Shown piece by piece: positions 20,466-29,473 of a DNA stretch of 64,000 nt. The stretch's first letter is position 1. The number at the start of each line of letters is the position of its first letter. Source of the stretch: an uncultured bacterium (GTDB lineage Bacteria; Omnitrophota; Omnitrophia; Omnitrophales; Aquincolibacteriaceae); the NCBI GenBank assembly GCA_964482725.1, contig CAYZYT010000007.1:87945-151944 (forward strand), given 5' to 3'. The notes beneath the pieces were generated by a model. The model was not told where the DNA came from, did no database searches, and saw only the letters and a program-made list of their open reading frames with translations. Position numbers and translations under genes: made by a program.

Positions 20466-20597
20466 TGAACCCCGTTAGAGATAGGAAGCGCTTTGAAAGC
20501 GCTTCCGTGAACGGGTGATAAAACTTATGAATATTCCAACAGCGAATCGGTCGAAAAAGGGCCAGCTCAAGAATCCCGGGATCTCTAACGGGGTGAA
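20466..20597. mobile_element. MITE-like element, 128 bp, with 14-bp terminal inverted repeats and a TGAA duplication
   Basis: accccgttagagat (20469-82) / atctctaacggggt (20581-94); tgaa at 20466-69 and 20594-97. Confidence 0.8.
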
Positions 20598-21465
20598 AGG
20601 TTTTTTAAAATTCGTCGCTGTATTTTCGGGTATTTTGATCCTGAGCGCGATTCTTGCGCCTCTGCTTCACGACTTTCTCCCTTACAGTTTCCCGCGTATC
20701 TTCAACCGGATCGTTATGGTGAGTGCGCTTCTCGCCGTTGTGATCTTTGTAAGATTCCGCAAGGAAATGTTCGTACGATTCGGGATGGATTGGAGGAAGG
20801 ACAGCCGGCAACTTTTTTGGACCGGATTTTTGACCGTGTCGGTCGTGCTGGTGCTCTTTACGGTCATCCAGCTTCTGATAGGCAATGCCCATGTCGCGCT
20901 TCGGGACTATGCAGGCCCCAAGTGGGTGTCCAAGATCGTCGGCTGCATCAGTGGGGCTTTCCTGATCGGGATCATGGAGGAGTTCTTCTTCCGGGGATTC
21001 ATTTTTACCTCGCTGCGCGACAAGGCGTTCCGGGGGAGCATCCCTCTGGCGATGATCGTGACAAGCCTTTTTTATTCCGCACTTCATTTTGTCAGTATTC
21101 GCAAACCCGTGATCAGCCAGGATCCGGGGTTCCTGGACAGCCTGAAGATGATCGCGGCGCCGATCCAGTCTTTTGCGGATTGGCAGGCCGTGTGGCCTGC
21201 GGCGATCGGGCTCTTCCTCTTCGGGATGGTCCTGAACTATTGTGCCGTACGAACACGATCGCTTTATGCTTCCATCGGGTTGCATGCAGGAGCTGTTTTT
21301 TTTGTAAGAACGGTCGGGCTTTTCATAGCGTTTTCCGAAACGAACATTCTTCTTTGGAGTACGAAAAAAGTCTATGACGGCGCGCTGGGCTGGCTCTGCT
21401 TGCTTCTGACAGGGTGGATCTTGAGCCGGCTTTTCAAAAAATCGGATGCGCCTCAAGCCTCCTAA
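20593..21465 (+). CDS. CPBP (CAAX/Abi) intramembrane metalloprotease
   Basis: EEFFFRG, FYSALH, SIGLHAG motifs; multi-TM; start altered by the element. Confidence 0.88.
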   Translation: MKGFLKFVAVFSGILILSAILAPLLHDFLPYSFPRIFNRIVMVSALLAVVIFVRFRKEMFVRFGMDWRKDSRQLFWTGFLTVSVVLVLFTVIQLLIGNAHVALRDYAGPKWVSKIVGCISGAFLIGIMEEFFFRGFIFTSLRDKAFRGSIPLAMIVTSLFYSALHFVSIRKPVISQDPGFLDSLKMIAAPIQSFADWQAVWPAAIGLFLFGMVLNYCAVRTRSLYASIGLHAGAVFFVRTVGLFIAFSETNILLWSTKKVYDGALGWLCLLLTGWILSRLFKKSDAPQAS

Positions 21466-21486
21466 TCTTTTGGAAAAATTCTCACC

Positions 21487-22551
21487 ATGACCACATTCAA
21501 TAAGATCACCCGAGAGAAAGTCCTCGAATGCCTTAAGCAGGTCCAGGAACCCGTTTTGAACGAGGACATTATTTCGCTCGGGCTAGTGCGGGAGATCGAG
21601 ATCGATAAGAATCATGCCTTTCTTCATCTGGAATCTTCGGTGGAAGATCCGTGTCTTCAAGAAAAATTACGTGGGGCGATCGTTCAGGCCGTGTGCGCAG
21701 CGGGTGCGAGCGGATGCGAGGTTCATTTTTCCGGTTCGCCTAAAAAACCGGGCGAGGCTTGCCCGTCTTCGCAGGGTGGCAAACCGAAATGCGGGGTGAA
21801 CGCCTCAACGGTTCAGCCGATTTCCGGGGTGAAACATGTGATCGCGGTTGCGAGCGGTAAAGGCGGCGTCGGGAAATCGACCGTGGCCGTGAACCTGGCG
21901 TTGGCCTTAAAACAGCTGGGTGCTAAAGTGGGATTGATGGATGCCGACATTTACGGTCCGAACATTCCCATGATGCTCGGTATCTCACCGGACAAACGTC
22001 CGGAGGGAAACGCCCAAGAAAAAATTCTTCCGGTTGAAGCGCATGGCGTGAAGGCGATCTCGATCGGATTCTTTGCGAATCCGGAGCAACCGGTGATCTG
22101 GCGAGGACCGCTTCTTCATAAGACCGTGGAGCAATTTCTGCACCGGGTGGATTGGGGGGAACTGGATTGTCTCGTGGTGGACTTGCCGCCGGGAACGGGG
22201 GATGTGCAGCTCTCTTTGTCACAATGGGTGCGTGTGTCGGGAGCGGTCGTGGTGACCACTCCGCAAGAAGTGGCTTTGAGCGATGTCCGGAAAGCCGTGA
22301 ATATGTTCCGTCAACTCGAGATCCCGATCTTGGGGGTGATTGAGAATATGACCGGGGCGATTTTTGGGCGTGGCGGGGGCGAAAAAATGGCGGAGGTTTT
22401 TCAAATCCCTTTTCTTGGGGATATTCCGCTTGAAGCTCAGGTGCGGGAGTGCGGGGATTCCGGGCTCCCGGTGGTGATCGGGCATCCCAAGAGCCCTATC
22501 AGTGAACGGTTTATGAAGATCGCGGAAGCGGTCCGTAAAACTTTGAAATAA
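21487..22551 (+). CDS. mrp: Mrp/ApbC/NBP35 family ATPase with N-terminal DUF59-like domain
   Basis: SGKGGVGKST, DADIYGP, WRGP, DLPPGTGD, VTTPQ, IENM. Confidence 0.93.
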   Translation: MTTFNKITREKVLECLKQVQEPVLNEDIISLGLVREIEIDKNHAFLHLESSVEDPCLQEKLRGAIVQAVCAAGASGCEVHFSGSPKKPGEACPSSQGGKPKCGVNASTVQPISGVKHVIAVASGKGGVGKSTVAVNLALALKQLGAKVGLMDADIYGPNIPMMLGISPDKRPEGNAQEKILPVEAHGVKAISIGFFANPEQPVIWRGPLLHKTVEQFLHRVDWGELDCLVVDLPPGTGDVQLSLSQWVRVSGAVVVTTPQEVALSDVRKAVNMFRQLEIPILGVIENMTGAIFGRGGGEKMAEVFQIPFLGDIPLEAQVRECGDSGLPVVIGHPKSPISERFMKIAEAVRKTLK

Positions 22552-22613
22552 TACACTCCCTTTGAAACCGGGAGCAAGACCGGGTGTCAAAGGGGCTCAT
22601 AAGGAGTCAGACC

Positions 22614-23204
22614 ATGGCGAAAAAGAAAGCAGTTCAGGGAGAAGGAAGATTCGAATCTCTTGTCAAGGAGATGCTCACGCTTTTGGGCGAGGATCCCCGG
22701 CGTGAAGGTCTCGTAAGGACGCCCGTCCGCGTGGCGAAATCTCTCCGGTACCTGACGCAAGGGTATCAAATGGATCCCAAAGAGATCCTTGCGCATGCGG
22801 TATTCAAAGAGCCGTATGACGAGATGGTCATCGTCAAGGATATCGAGATCTTTTCACTTTGCGAGCATCACATGTTGCCTTTTTACGGCAAGGCTCATAT
22901 TGCTTACATTCCGAACGGAAAGATCATCGGCCTTTCCAAGATCCCGCGTCTCGTGGAGGTATTCTCCAAGCGGCTTCAGGTCCAGGAGCGCCTTACGACC
23001 CAAATCGCGGAATGCCTGATGGAGGCCTTAAAGCCCAAGGGCGTCGCGGTGGTGATCGAGGCCCTGCATCTCTGTATGTCCATGCGCGGCGTCAAAAAAG
23101 CCGATGCCTACACGATCACCAGCGCCATGCTTGGCGCCTTCCGCAAAGACGCACGCTCTCGCAGCGAATTCCTGAGTTTGATACGGCTGAAAAGGGAAGA
23201 ATAA
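22614..23204 (+). CDS. folE: GTP cyclohydrolase I
   Basis: [39 protein letters not shown]. Confidence 0.98.
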   Translation: MAKKKAVQGEGRFESLVKEMLTLLGEDPRREGLVRTPVRVAKSLRYLTQGYQMDPKEILAHAVFKEPYDEMVIVKDIEIFSLCEHHMLPFYGKAHIAYIPNGKIIGLSKIPRLVEVFSKRLQVQERLTTQIAECLMEALKPKGVAVVIEALHLCMSMRGVKKADAYTITSAMLGAFRKDARSRSEFLSLIRLKREE

Positions 23205-23208
23205 AGAG

Positions 23209-23272
23209 CGGACAACGGTCAACGCGCAACGAAATAGCGCCTGCGTTGTCCGTGAATCGTTGTCCGTTGACC
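23209..23272. repeat. Heptamer-periodic inverted array between convergent folE and lpxD
   Basis: cggacaa cggtcaa cgcgcaa cg ... cgttgtc cgtgaat cgttgtc cgttgac. Confidence 0.78.
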
Positions 23273-23282
23273 TGGCGGGGAA

Positions 23283-24332
23283 TTACTTCTCGGAAGGGAT
23301 GCCGAGTTTTGCTTCGAGTGCCGCGACTTTCTTTCTGAGCGCGCGGACATCGTCTAAGGTTTCCGCGGCGCGGAGCTGAGCGCCGAACTGCTTTCTCATT
23401 TCCGCGTAAGGCCTGGCGGGTTGCCCAAAATAGATCTGTTTCCCAGGGACTTTCTTGTTCGAAGGGAATCCCGCGCCGGCGCCGATCATCGCCCAGTCGC
23501 CGATCTCTACGTGATCTCCCAAGCCGACCGAACCGCCCATCGTTACATGCGAACCGACCTTGCAGCTTCCGGAGATCCCGGTTTGCGCGGAAATGACCGT
23601 ATGCTCGCCAAGCACGACATTGTGGGCGATCTGAACGAGGTTGTCGATCTTGCAGCCTTTGCCAATGCGGGTGGATCCGATGGCGGCGCGGTCGATCGTG
23701 GAGCATGCGCCGATCTCCACGTCATCTTCGATCACGACATTCCCGATCTGGGGGAGTTTTTCATGGGCGCCTGGGGTCGCGACATAGCCGAAGCCGTCCG
23801 CGCCGATCACGGTGCCGGCATGGATCACGACGTTCATCCCTAATTCGCAATTTTCATAAAGCGTGACGTTCGGGTGAATAACGCAATTTGCGCCGAGCTG
23901 GACGTTCTCACCGACAAACGCGTGAGAGCAAAGAACCGTATGGTCACCGATGGTGGCGTTCTCGCCGATCGTTACGAAAGATTCGATCGTCACGTTCGTG
24001 CCGAGCTTTGCCGTTTTAGCGATCGAGGCGTGAGGCGAGACCGTCCCCGGGTATTTCCTGGCAGGGAAGAGCTCGCGGAGGATCTTGGCCCATGCCCGCT
24101 TGGGATATTCGACCTGGATCAGGACCTTGGAGGACAAGCTGATTTGTTTCGGCACGATCATGCAGGCAATTTCAGAAGCTTCGAGTGTCTTGAACCCTTT
24201 TTCATCCTGCACGAATGAGATATGCCCTTTAAGCGGGTTTTCAAAATTCGTGATCCCTTCGATCCGCGTGGTGCTGTCACCAATCACGATGCCCCCGACG
24301 AGTTTTGCGAATTCCTCAACGGTTTTGTTCAT
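23283..24332 (-). CDS. lpxD: UDP-3-O-acylglucosamine N-acyltransferase
   Basis: Hexapeptide repeats, [24 protein letters not shown]. Confidence 0.97.
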   Translation of the reverse strand: MNKTVEEFAKLVGGIVIGDSTTRIEGITNFENPLKGHISFVQDEKGFKTLEASEIACMIVPKQISLSSKVLIQVEYPKRAWAKILRELFPARKYPGTVSPHASIAKTAKLGTNVTIESFVTIGENATIGDHTVLCSHAFVGENVQLGANCVIHPNVTLYENCELGMNVVIHAGTVIGADGFGYVATPGAHEKLPQIGNVVIEDDVEIGACSTIDRAAIGSTRIGKGCKIDNLVQIAHNVVLGEHTVISAQTGISGSCKVGSHVTMGGSVGLGDHVEIGDWAMIGAGAGFPSNKKVPGKQIYFGQPARPYAEMRKQFGAQLRAAETLDDVRALRKKVAALEAKLGIPSEK

Positions 24333-24339
24333 AAGAGGG

Positions 24340-25047
24340 CTACTTTTTTGCCGAGGGGGTTTTAGGCCCGGAAACAGGAATCGGGGCGGAGGTGGATGAC
24401 GGTTCTTCGACGGTTTCAGACGGCTCCTCCATGGAGGATTTTGGAAGAGCGAGATAGTCCTTCAAGTCAGCGCGTTTATTGACATCGTTCGTCCATGTCA
24501 TGAAAGCCATTTTTTGTTTTTCTGCGGCTTCTTCTTGGGCCTTCGGGTCTGTCAGCTTGTCGGCCCCGGCCGGCACAAAACTCGCGATCTGCAAGCGCAA
24601 GAGTTTTTGAATGCGTATGAACTCTCGTAGGCCTTCCTCAAATTCCCTTGGTGAGAGATGAAGGGTGCGGGTGAGCCAGATCTTGTATTGCTCCGACGTC
24701 GGGCTGACCAGGCCTTGCTGAGAGAGGATCTTGGCGATCTCTCCACGGACCTCTTCATCCGTGATCTTAACCCCCTTGCGTTTAGCCTCCCGGGAATAAA
24801 TAATATTTTGCCAGGTGTAATCGCGTAGGAGCTCCGGGTCTTCGACCGGTTTCTCGGACGGCATGAAAAGCTGCGTGGCGCGGTAGAACTGATTGTATTC
24901 CTGGAAGGTCACGGATTTTCCGAAGGCTTCGCCCGCGAATCGTCCTTCCTTTTTCATCCCGCTTAAGGAAACGCCGCTTCCGATCAGGAAAGCCGCCACC
25001 AGAAACCAGATGCTGTATTTGATGTTCTTCCGAATAAATTTCATCAT
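24340..25047 (-). CDS. SurA N-terminal-domain membrane-anchored chaperone (no PPIase domain seen)
   Basis: MMKFIRKN + TM helix; [18 protein letters not shown]; REFEEGLRE. Confidence 0.75.
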   Translation of the reverse strand: MMKFIRKNIKYSIWFLVAAFLIGSGVSLSGMKKEGRFAGEAFGKSVTFQEYNQFYRATQLFMPSEKPVEDPELLRDYTWQNIIYSREAKRKGVKITDEEVRGEIAKILSQQGLVSPTSEQYKIWLTRTLHLSPREFEEGLREFIRIQKLLRLQIASFVPAGADKLTDPKAQEEAAEKQKMAFMTWTNDVNKRADLKDYLALPKSSMEEPSETVEEPSSTSAPIPVSGPKTPSAKK

Positions 25048-25249
25048 AATGGCGCATAATGTAACACAAGCTGAAAAATAGGGGAAGGAGAAAAGCCGCT
25101 AAAAACAGTGTTGGGCACATCGTACATAGCACCTAGCGAATCCTCGGCATAAACTCCGATTTTTCCAAGGACCAAGGACTATCAAGTATGTACCGTTTTT
25201 TATGAATAAAATTGTTGAAAGGACTGTTGTTAAGCGATATCATTACCCC

Positions 25250-25612
25250 ATGAAAAATAAAGGCGTCGCGTTAGTCGAGATCGTGGTGAGTATGATCGTC
25301 CTGGCGGTGGCCGCTTTAGCGGTGACTTCGACGGTTTCCATGGTGAATAGCAAGCAGCTGAGAAGCGCCGGCGGCAGCAGTCTCGATGTTCAAGCTTTGA
25401 GCTATGCGAGAGAAACCCTTGAGTCTCTAAAGAACTCTGTGAGCACGAACGATACCAACGGAAGTATGGGCGAGAAGCTCAAGGTTAGTGGCACAGCCTA
25501 CAATGTAACGAGCGGACTTCCTGCGGGATTTTCGCGGACCTATACGGTTTCGGACGTGGGGGGTGGCACCGGTCTTAAGAAAGTAAAAGTGACCGTCCAA
25601 TGGAACGATTAG
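25250..25612 (+). CDS. Type IV minor pilin (PilV-like)
   Basis: MKNKG|VALVEIVV class III signal; C-terminal KKVKVTVQW. Confidence 0.85.
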   Translation: MKNKGVALVEIVVSMIVLAVAALAVTSTVSMVNSKQLRSAGGSSLDVQALSYARETLESLKNSVSTNDTNGSMGEKLKVSGTAYNVTSGLPAGFSRTYTVSDVGGGTGLKKVKVTVQWND

Positions 25613-26163
25613 AAAGAGCGGTCGACGGTTTTACCCTCTTCGAGCTTGTGATCGCCATAGCCCTTTCTGCAGTTGTTTTGCTTTCCGCGGGTAATCTCCT
25701 TATCAATTTTGGGAAATTTTCTTCGAATGTCGTCAAATCCGAGGCGTCGCTCATGGGGACTGCTCTCGGCACTTTCGAGGAGATCGTCGGAAAGATCACC
25801 ATCGCCGACAAGGTGACCATCCCCGCGACGACCATTACGCCTGTCCCTGCTTCTTCGACAGATAACTCCATTGAAATACGAGTCCATCCGGCAAGCGCGT
25901 CCTATGATCCCTCTCACACCGGTGACACAATTTATACTTATTGGAGAGATGGTGCTAATTTGAAAAGTAAATCCAAGGTTGGGACGGCCGCGGAGAGTGC
26001 GGTACGTGTTGTGTCGGCGGATATTACTTTGGCAACATTTCAAAAGGATAGCACTTTAACGAACCACATTATCGTGACCCTGGATGCCCAGACGAGCAGC
26101 CAGACTAAGGAACAGTTGAAGACAACAGCCATCATGCGGTCAAGGAGCGCAAATTTGATATGA
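25600..26163 (+). CDS. Type IV minor pilin (PilW-like)
   Basis: DG|FTLFELVIAIAL class III signal; longer globular domain. Confidence 0.85.
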   Translation: MERLERAVDGFTLFELVIAIALSAVVLLSAGNLLINFGKFSSNVVKSEASLMGTALGTFEEIVGKITIADKVTIPATTITPVPASSTDNSIEIRVHPASASYDPSHTGDTIYTYWRDGANLKSKSKVGTAAESAVRVVSADITLATFQKDSTLTNHIIVTLDAQTSSQTKEQLKTTAIMRSRSANLI

Positions 26164-26495
26164 AAAAAGGATTCGCATTGATCACCGTTTTGGCGGTCTT
26201 GATCATGATCGCGCTGGGCACAGCGGCCGTGCTGCAATCGGTGGGCAGCCAAACTAATCTGAAGTCCATCAATGTTCAGGAGGTCAAGGAGCAATTTCTT
26301 TCCGAAGCGGGCATGCAGTATGCCTTATGGCGTTCTAGAAATGGGGCGAATCCTGCCAGTGAAAACTATACGGTCATGGATATAGACGGGACAACGCCTC
26401 TCGGCGATGTCGTTATCATCAAGGCAGAGACTGCTTCCGGGTCCGGAATATACAAGATCAAAGTGTGTGTTGGCAGTGGTGCCTGTACTTTTTAA
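26160..26495 (+). CDS. PilX/GspK-like minor pilin
   Basis: KKG|FALIT lacks Glu5; 'EQFLSEAGMQYA' matches the PilX N-terminal motif. Confidence 0.8.
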   Translation: MKKGFALITVLAVLIMIALGTAAVLQSVGSQTNLKSINVQEVKEQFLSEAGMQYALWRSRNGANPASENYTVMDIDGTTPLGDVVIIKAETASGSGIYKIKVCVGSGACTF

Positions 26496-26537
26496 AAATG
26501 GGAAATCCCCGCAAGGGACGATCCTAGGGAGAAAAAA

Positions 26538-26954
26538 ATGAATAGCCGGAAAGGGTTTTCTCTAACTGAGATTTTGACAACGGTCGTGATCTTGGCCGTT
26601 CTAGCGGGGATCGCGATCCCCGGTTTTTCTAAAGCAAAGGACAAAGCCGCGGCCGCTCAGGCAGTCGCTTATCTGCGGAGCATCCGGCTCGGTGAGAAGA
26701 TGTATTTTGCGAAGAACGCGACCTACGTAGATTGCTCGACCAAGGCGCTTCTTAGTTCCACGCTTGGGGTCGATGTCACAGAGGAGAATTATCATTTTGA
26801 TGTGACAGGCGCGAGCAGTTCAACCTTTACCGCCAGATCACGCAAAGGTGTGGATCCTACGGATTGCAGTTCTACCAACACGATCTGCCTCCAGGCGGAC
26901 GGTACCTGGTCCGGGAACTCCACGTATGTGTCCTTCGCTACACTTAATAGCTAA
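26538..26954 (+). CDS. Type IV pilin (PilE/PilA-like)
   Basis: RKG|FSLTEIL...ILAVLAGIAIP; C-terminal Cys pair. Confidence 0.88.
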   Translation: MNSRKGFSLTEILTTVVILAVLAGIAIPGFSKAKDKAAAAQAVAYLRSIRLGEKMYFAKNATYVDCSTKALLSSTLGVDVTEENYHFDVTGASSSTFTARSRKGVDPTDCSSTNTICLQADGTWSGNSTYVSFATLNS

Positions 26955-27136
26955 CGTTTTTAAAAGACGATTTTTTGCAAGCTGTCGGGTGGATGCGTCG
27001 AGATGTAGCGGTTATGTTTCAACTAGGAACGCGATTCGTCTCTCCCGTTTTATCTCCCGGCTTTACCGGTAAGCATTCGCGGGAAAATTTCTTGAGCAGC
27101 TTTTAAACCTAATCACAATTTGACCTGAGGTGAAAA

Positions 27137-27556
27137 ATGATCCCCAAAAGCATTTTAGGCGTTATGTTTTTTTCAGTAGTCGTGTTCGTATCCAGTGCGT
27201 ATGCCGGCAAAGTTGAGCTGACCACTTATTACCCGGCGCCGAACGGCGAGTACAGCCGGCTTCAGGCCAGCGGGTCGTGCGTGGGGTCGACTTGTGGCAC
27301 GGCAGCGGATGATGTGACCAACGACAATCTAAAGGTCAAGGGAACGACGACCACCACGAATGCGACGATCACAGGAACGACGACCACCACCAATGCGACC
27401 ATCACCACGGCCACCATCCAAGATGCGACGATCACAGGAACGACCACGACCGGCAATGCAAATGTCACCGGTACGACTCAGACGGGCAGGATCCGGCTCA
27501 CAGCGACGGGGACACCGAGCGGCACTATTCCGGACGGAACCATGTGGATCCAGTAA
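27137..27556 (+). CDS. Small secreted Thr-repeat fibre-like protein
   Basis: Signal peptide (AYA), ELTTYYPAP motif, 11-aa GTTTTTNATIT repeats, terminal PDGTMWIQ; GAGG RBS. Confidence 0.75.
   Translation: MIPKSILGVMFFSVVVFVSSAYAGKVELTTYYPAPNGEYSRLQASGSCVGSTCGTAADDVTNDNLKVKGTTTTTNATITGTTTTTNATITTATIQDATITGTTTTGNANVTGTTQTGRIRLTATGTPSGTIPDGTMWIQ
27341..27487 (+). repeat. Approximately 33-bp coding tandem repeat
   Basis: ggaacgacgaccaccac.aatgcgac.atcac units at 27341 and 27374; more diverged units at 27407, 27437, 27470. Confidence 0.85.
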
Positions 27557-27606
27557 CTTTGAAAACGGTGGGAATGAACGATTGTTTTCTGTGAGGAGTA
27601 CCTTTT

Positions 27607-28494
27607 ATGCAGCGGCATAGTTATAGGGCCCAGATCCGCGTGACGGTTGCCCCCTTTTTGTTAGCCATGTTTTTCATTTCCATTCTTTTTTTCTCTAAAA
27701 ACCTTTGGGCTGTCGAGATCTCCGATACCGAACTTTCATGGGTTTCATCGATGCATTATTCCGGATGTACAGGCCAGGATTGGAATGCGATCAAGAATGG
27801 AGGAGTATGCAAGGAAAGTAACGGAGAGCTTTGCGGCAACCATGATACAGGCCGTTGTCGGCAGTCCTGCTGCGCTCTGAACCGTCCGGGGATGGGGCAC
27901 GGGACTTGGGAGTATGAAGCTGATGACGGATGGATCTTGTTTAGTTTTACAAGCGTAAGAAGGATCACTTCGGTTTCACTTAGCAGCTACAATTCTGCGG
28001 GCCAGACAGTTTATTTTGGGAACGGGAGCGGGGTTTCGGTCGGCAATCAAGGAGGCACTGCGACGAACCCAGCGCCGAATACAAATGTCAGCACCATCAA
28101 GGTTACCAAGTGGAATTCCAATAACTATTGGAATATCAACAATGTCCGTTTTTTTTGTGCACCTAAAACGTGCGCAGATTATCCCGGGGACTACGGGACG
28201 AGTTTGGCCGATGGCTGCGGTAGCACCATCGATTGCTCAGCGGCCATGCCACTCACCGAAGTTATGAAAGTCCAATGTCCGGGGGTGACTACGCCTGTTC
28301 GAATTGCCGGCAAAGCGACATCCCTATCCTCCCTGAAGATCCAGAAGGGCGGTACAACCTATAGTCTTGCGCTGGTTGATCCGGCGACGGCTCCTGCTGC
28401 CCAAGTCTCATGTCTTCGGGTCAAAATGCCCGGCGTTGCGGCCCCACAAGCATTGCGGAAGTGTGACCCCGCCGTGACTGCTACTTGCAACTAG
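27607..28494 (+). CDS. Secreted Cys-rich protein A with shared C-terminal domain
   Basis: GAGGAG RBS, signal peptide, 14 Cys, C-terminal TEVMKVQCPGVT...RKCDPAVTATC. Confidence 0.8.
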   Translation: MQRHSYRAQIRVTVAPFLLAMFFISILFFSKNLWAVEISDTELSWVSSMHYSGCTGQDWNAIKNGGVCKESNGELCGNHDTGRCRQSCCALNRPGMGHGTWEYEADDGWILFSFTSVRRITSVSLSSYNSAGQTVYFGNGSGVSVGNQGGTATNPAPNTNVSTIKVTKWNSNNYWNINNVRFFCAPKTCADYPGDYGTSLADGCGSTIDCSAAMPLTEVMKVQCPGVTTPVRIAGKATSLSSLKIQKGGTTYSLALVDPATAPAAQVSCLRVKMPGVAAPQALRKCDPAVTATCN

Positions 28495-28574
28495 CACCCC
28501 AATGATCCTGACGGAGTTGCTTCTCAAGGCAGAAAAGGGGTTTCTTTAAGACAATTTATCTTGAGATCAATAAT

Positions 28575-29381
28575 ATGACGAGAATTCTTGAGAAAATCAG
28601 AAAGCTTTGCTTCTTCGGAGGCCTCTTTTTTTTATCCTGTCAATGTTTTCCCGACACTGTTTTTGCGGATTCTTGTGCTACGGCGGAGTGGAGCAGTGGC
28701 GGTTACTCTTACTGGAGGCAGACCAACACGTGCAAGTCTTGGACGGATGGAAATGAATGCAACGGAACATCAACGCCAGCAGGGTATTCATGTGAAACGA
28801 GAGTGCTTGGCGATAATAATACATGGTGCAATTTTACTTGTGGTGCGTGGGCGTTCAATTGCTGCGTGAGATGCTGCAAGAAATGTACTAAAAGTTGCAA
28901 ATCCCAAACGGGGACGGCCTGTGGAGTGAGCAGGGACGATGGGTGTAAAACCGGTTGTGGAACCGGCACTTACTGTGCTACGAGCGGTTATGTTTGTACG
29001 AGCGGAAAATGTGTTTGCAACGATCAATGTAAATCTGCGGCGACGACGGCTTGCGGTGCGAGCCTCAACAATGGATGCAAAACCGATTGTGGAGCTGGAA
29101 CTTACTGCGCTAACGGCGCCGTTTGTACAGGTGGGGCATGTTCTTCCGGTTATACCGAAGTGATGAAGGTTCAATGTCCGGGGGTGACGATACCGGTGAG
29201 GATTGCCGGGAGCAAGACTTCCACATCCCCGCTGAAGATACAGAAGAGTGATGGCGTCTATGGCGTGGAATATGTTCCTGTGGGAGACGCTAACGGCTCA
29301 TGTGTCCATATCAAACTACCGACTCTTGGAGAAAAGGTTTTGCGGAAATGTAACCCGGCGGTGACGGCTACCTGCGCCTGA
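28575..29381 (+). CDS. Secreted Cys-rich protein B with shared C-terminal domain
   Basis: Signal peptide (VFA), 30 Cys in the mature part, internal duplication, C-terminal TEVMKVQCPGVT...RKCNPAVTATC. Confidence 0.8.
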   Translation: MTRILEKIRKLCFFGGLFFLSCQCFPDTVFADSCATAEWSSGGYSYWRQTNTCKSWTDGNECNGTSTPAGYSCETRVLGDNNTWCNFTCGAWAFNCCVRCCKKCTKSCKSQTGTACGVSRDDGCKTGCGTGTYCATSGYVCTSGKCVCNDQCKSAATTACGASLNNGCKTDCGAGTYCANGAVCTGGACSSGYTEVMKVQCPGVTIPVRIAGSKTSTSPLKIQKSDGVYGVEYVPVGDANGSCVHIKLPTLGEKVLRKCNPAVTATCA

Positions 29382-29431
29382 CAAAAGGTGCCCCCGGGTT
29401 GCAAAAGATAACTTTTACCTGAATTTTAAAT

Positions 29432-29473
29432 AAAAAAAAGGACAGGCCCCCTTTAGGCGCTTGTCCTTTTTTA
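29432..29473. terminator. Bidirectional intrinsic terminator
   Basis: aaaaaaggacaggc...gcttgtcctttttt between convergent genes. Confidence 0.8.

Noticed and set aside
20515-20592. N-terminal extension of the CPBP protease
   Set aside because: Encoded by the inserted element, not part of the ancestral gene.
27341-27487. Possible CRISPR array (also 10285-10380)
   Set aside because: In-frame coding tandem repeats without unique spacers; no cas genes in the window.
27607-29381. Diversity-generating retroelement or shufflon explanation for the paralogous C-termini
   Set aside because: Differences are not adenine-restricted, both copies are coding and co-oriented, and no reverse transcriptase or invertase is present in the window.
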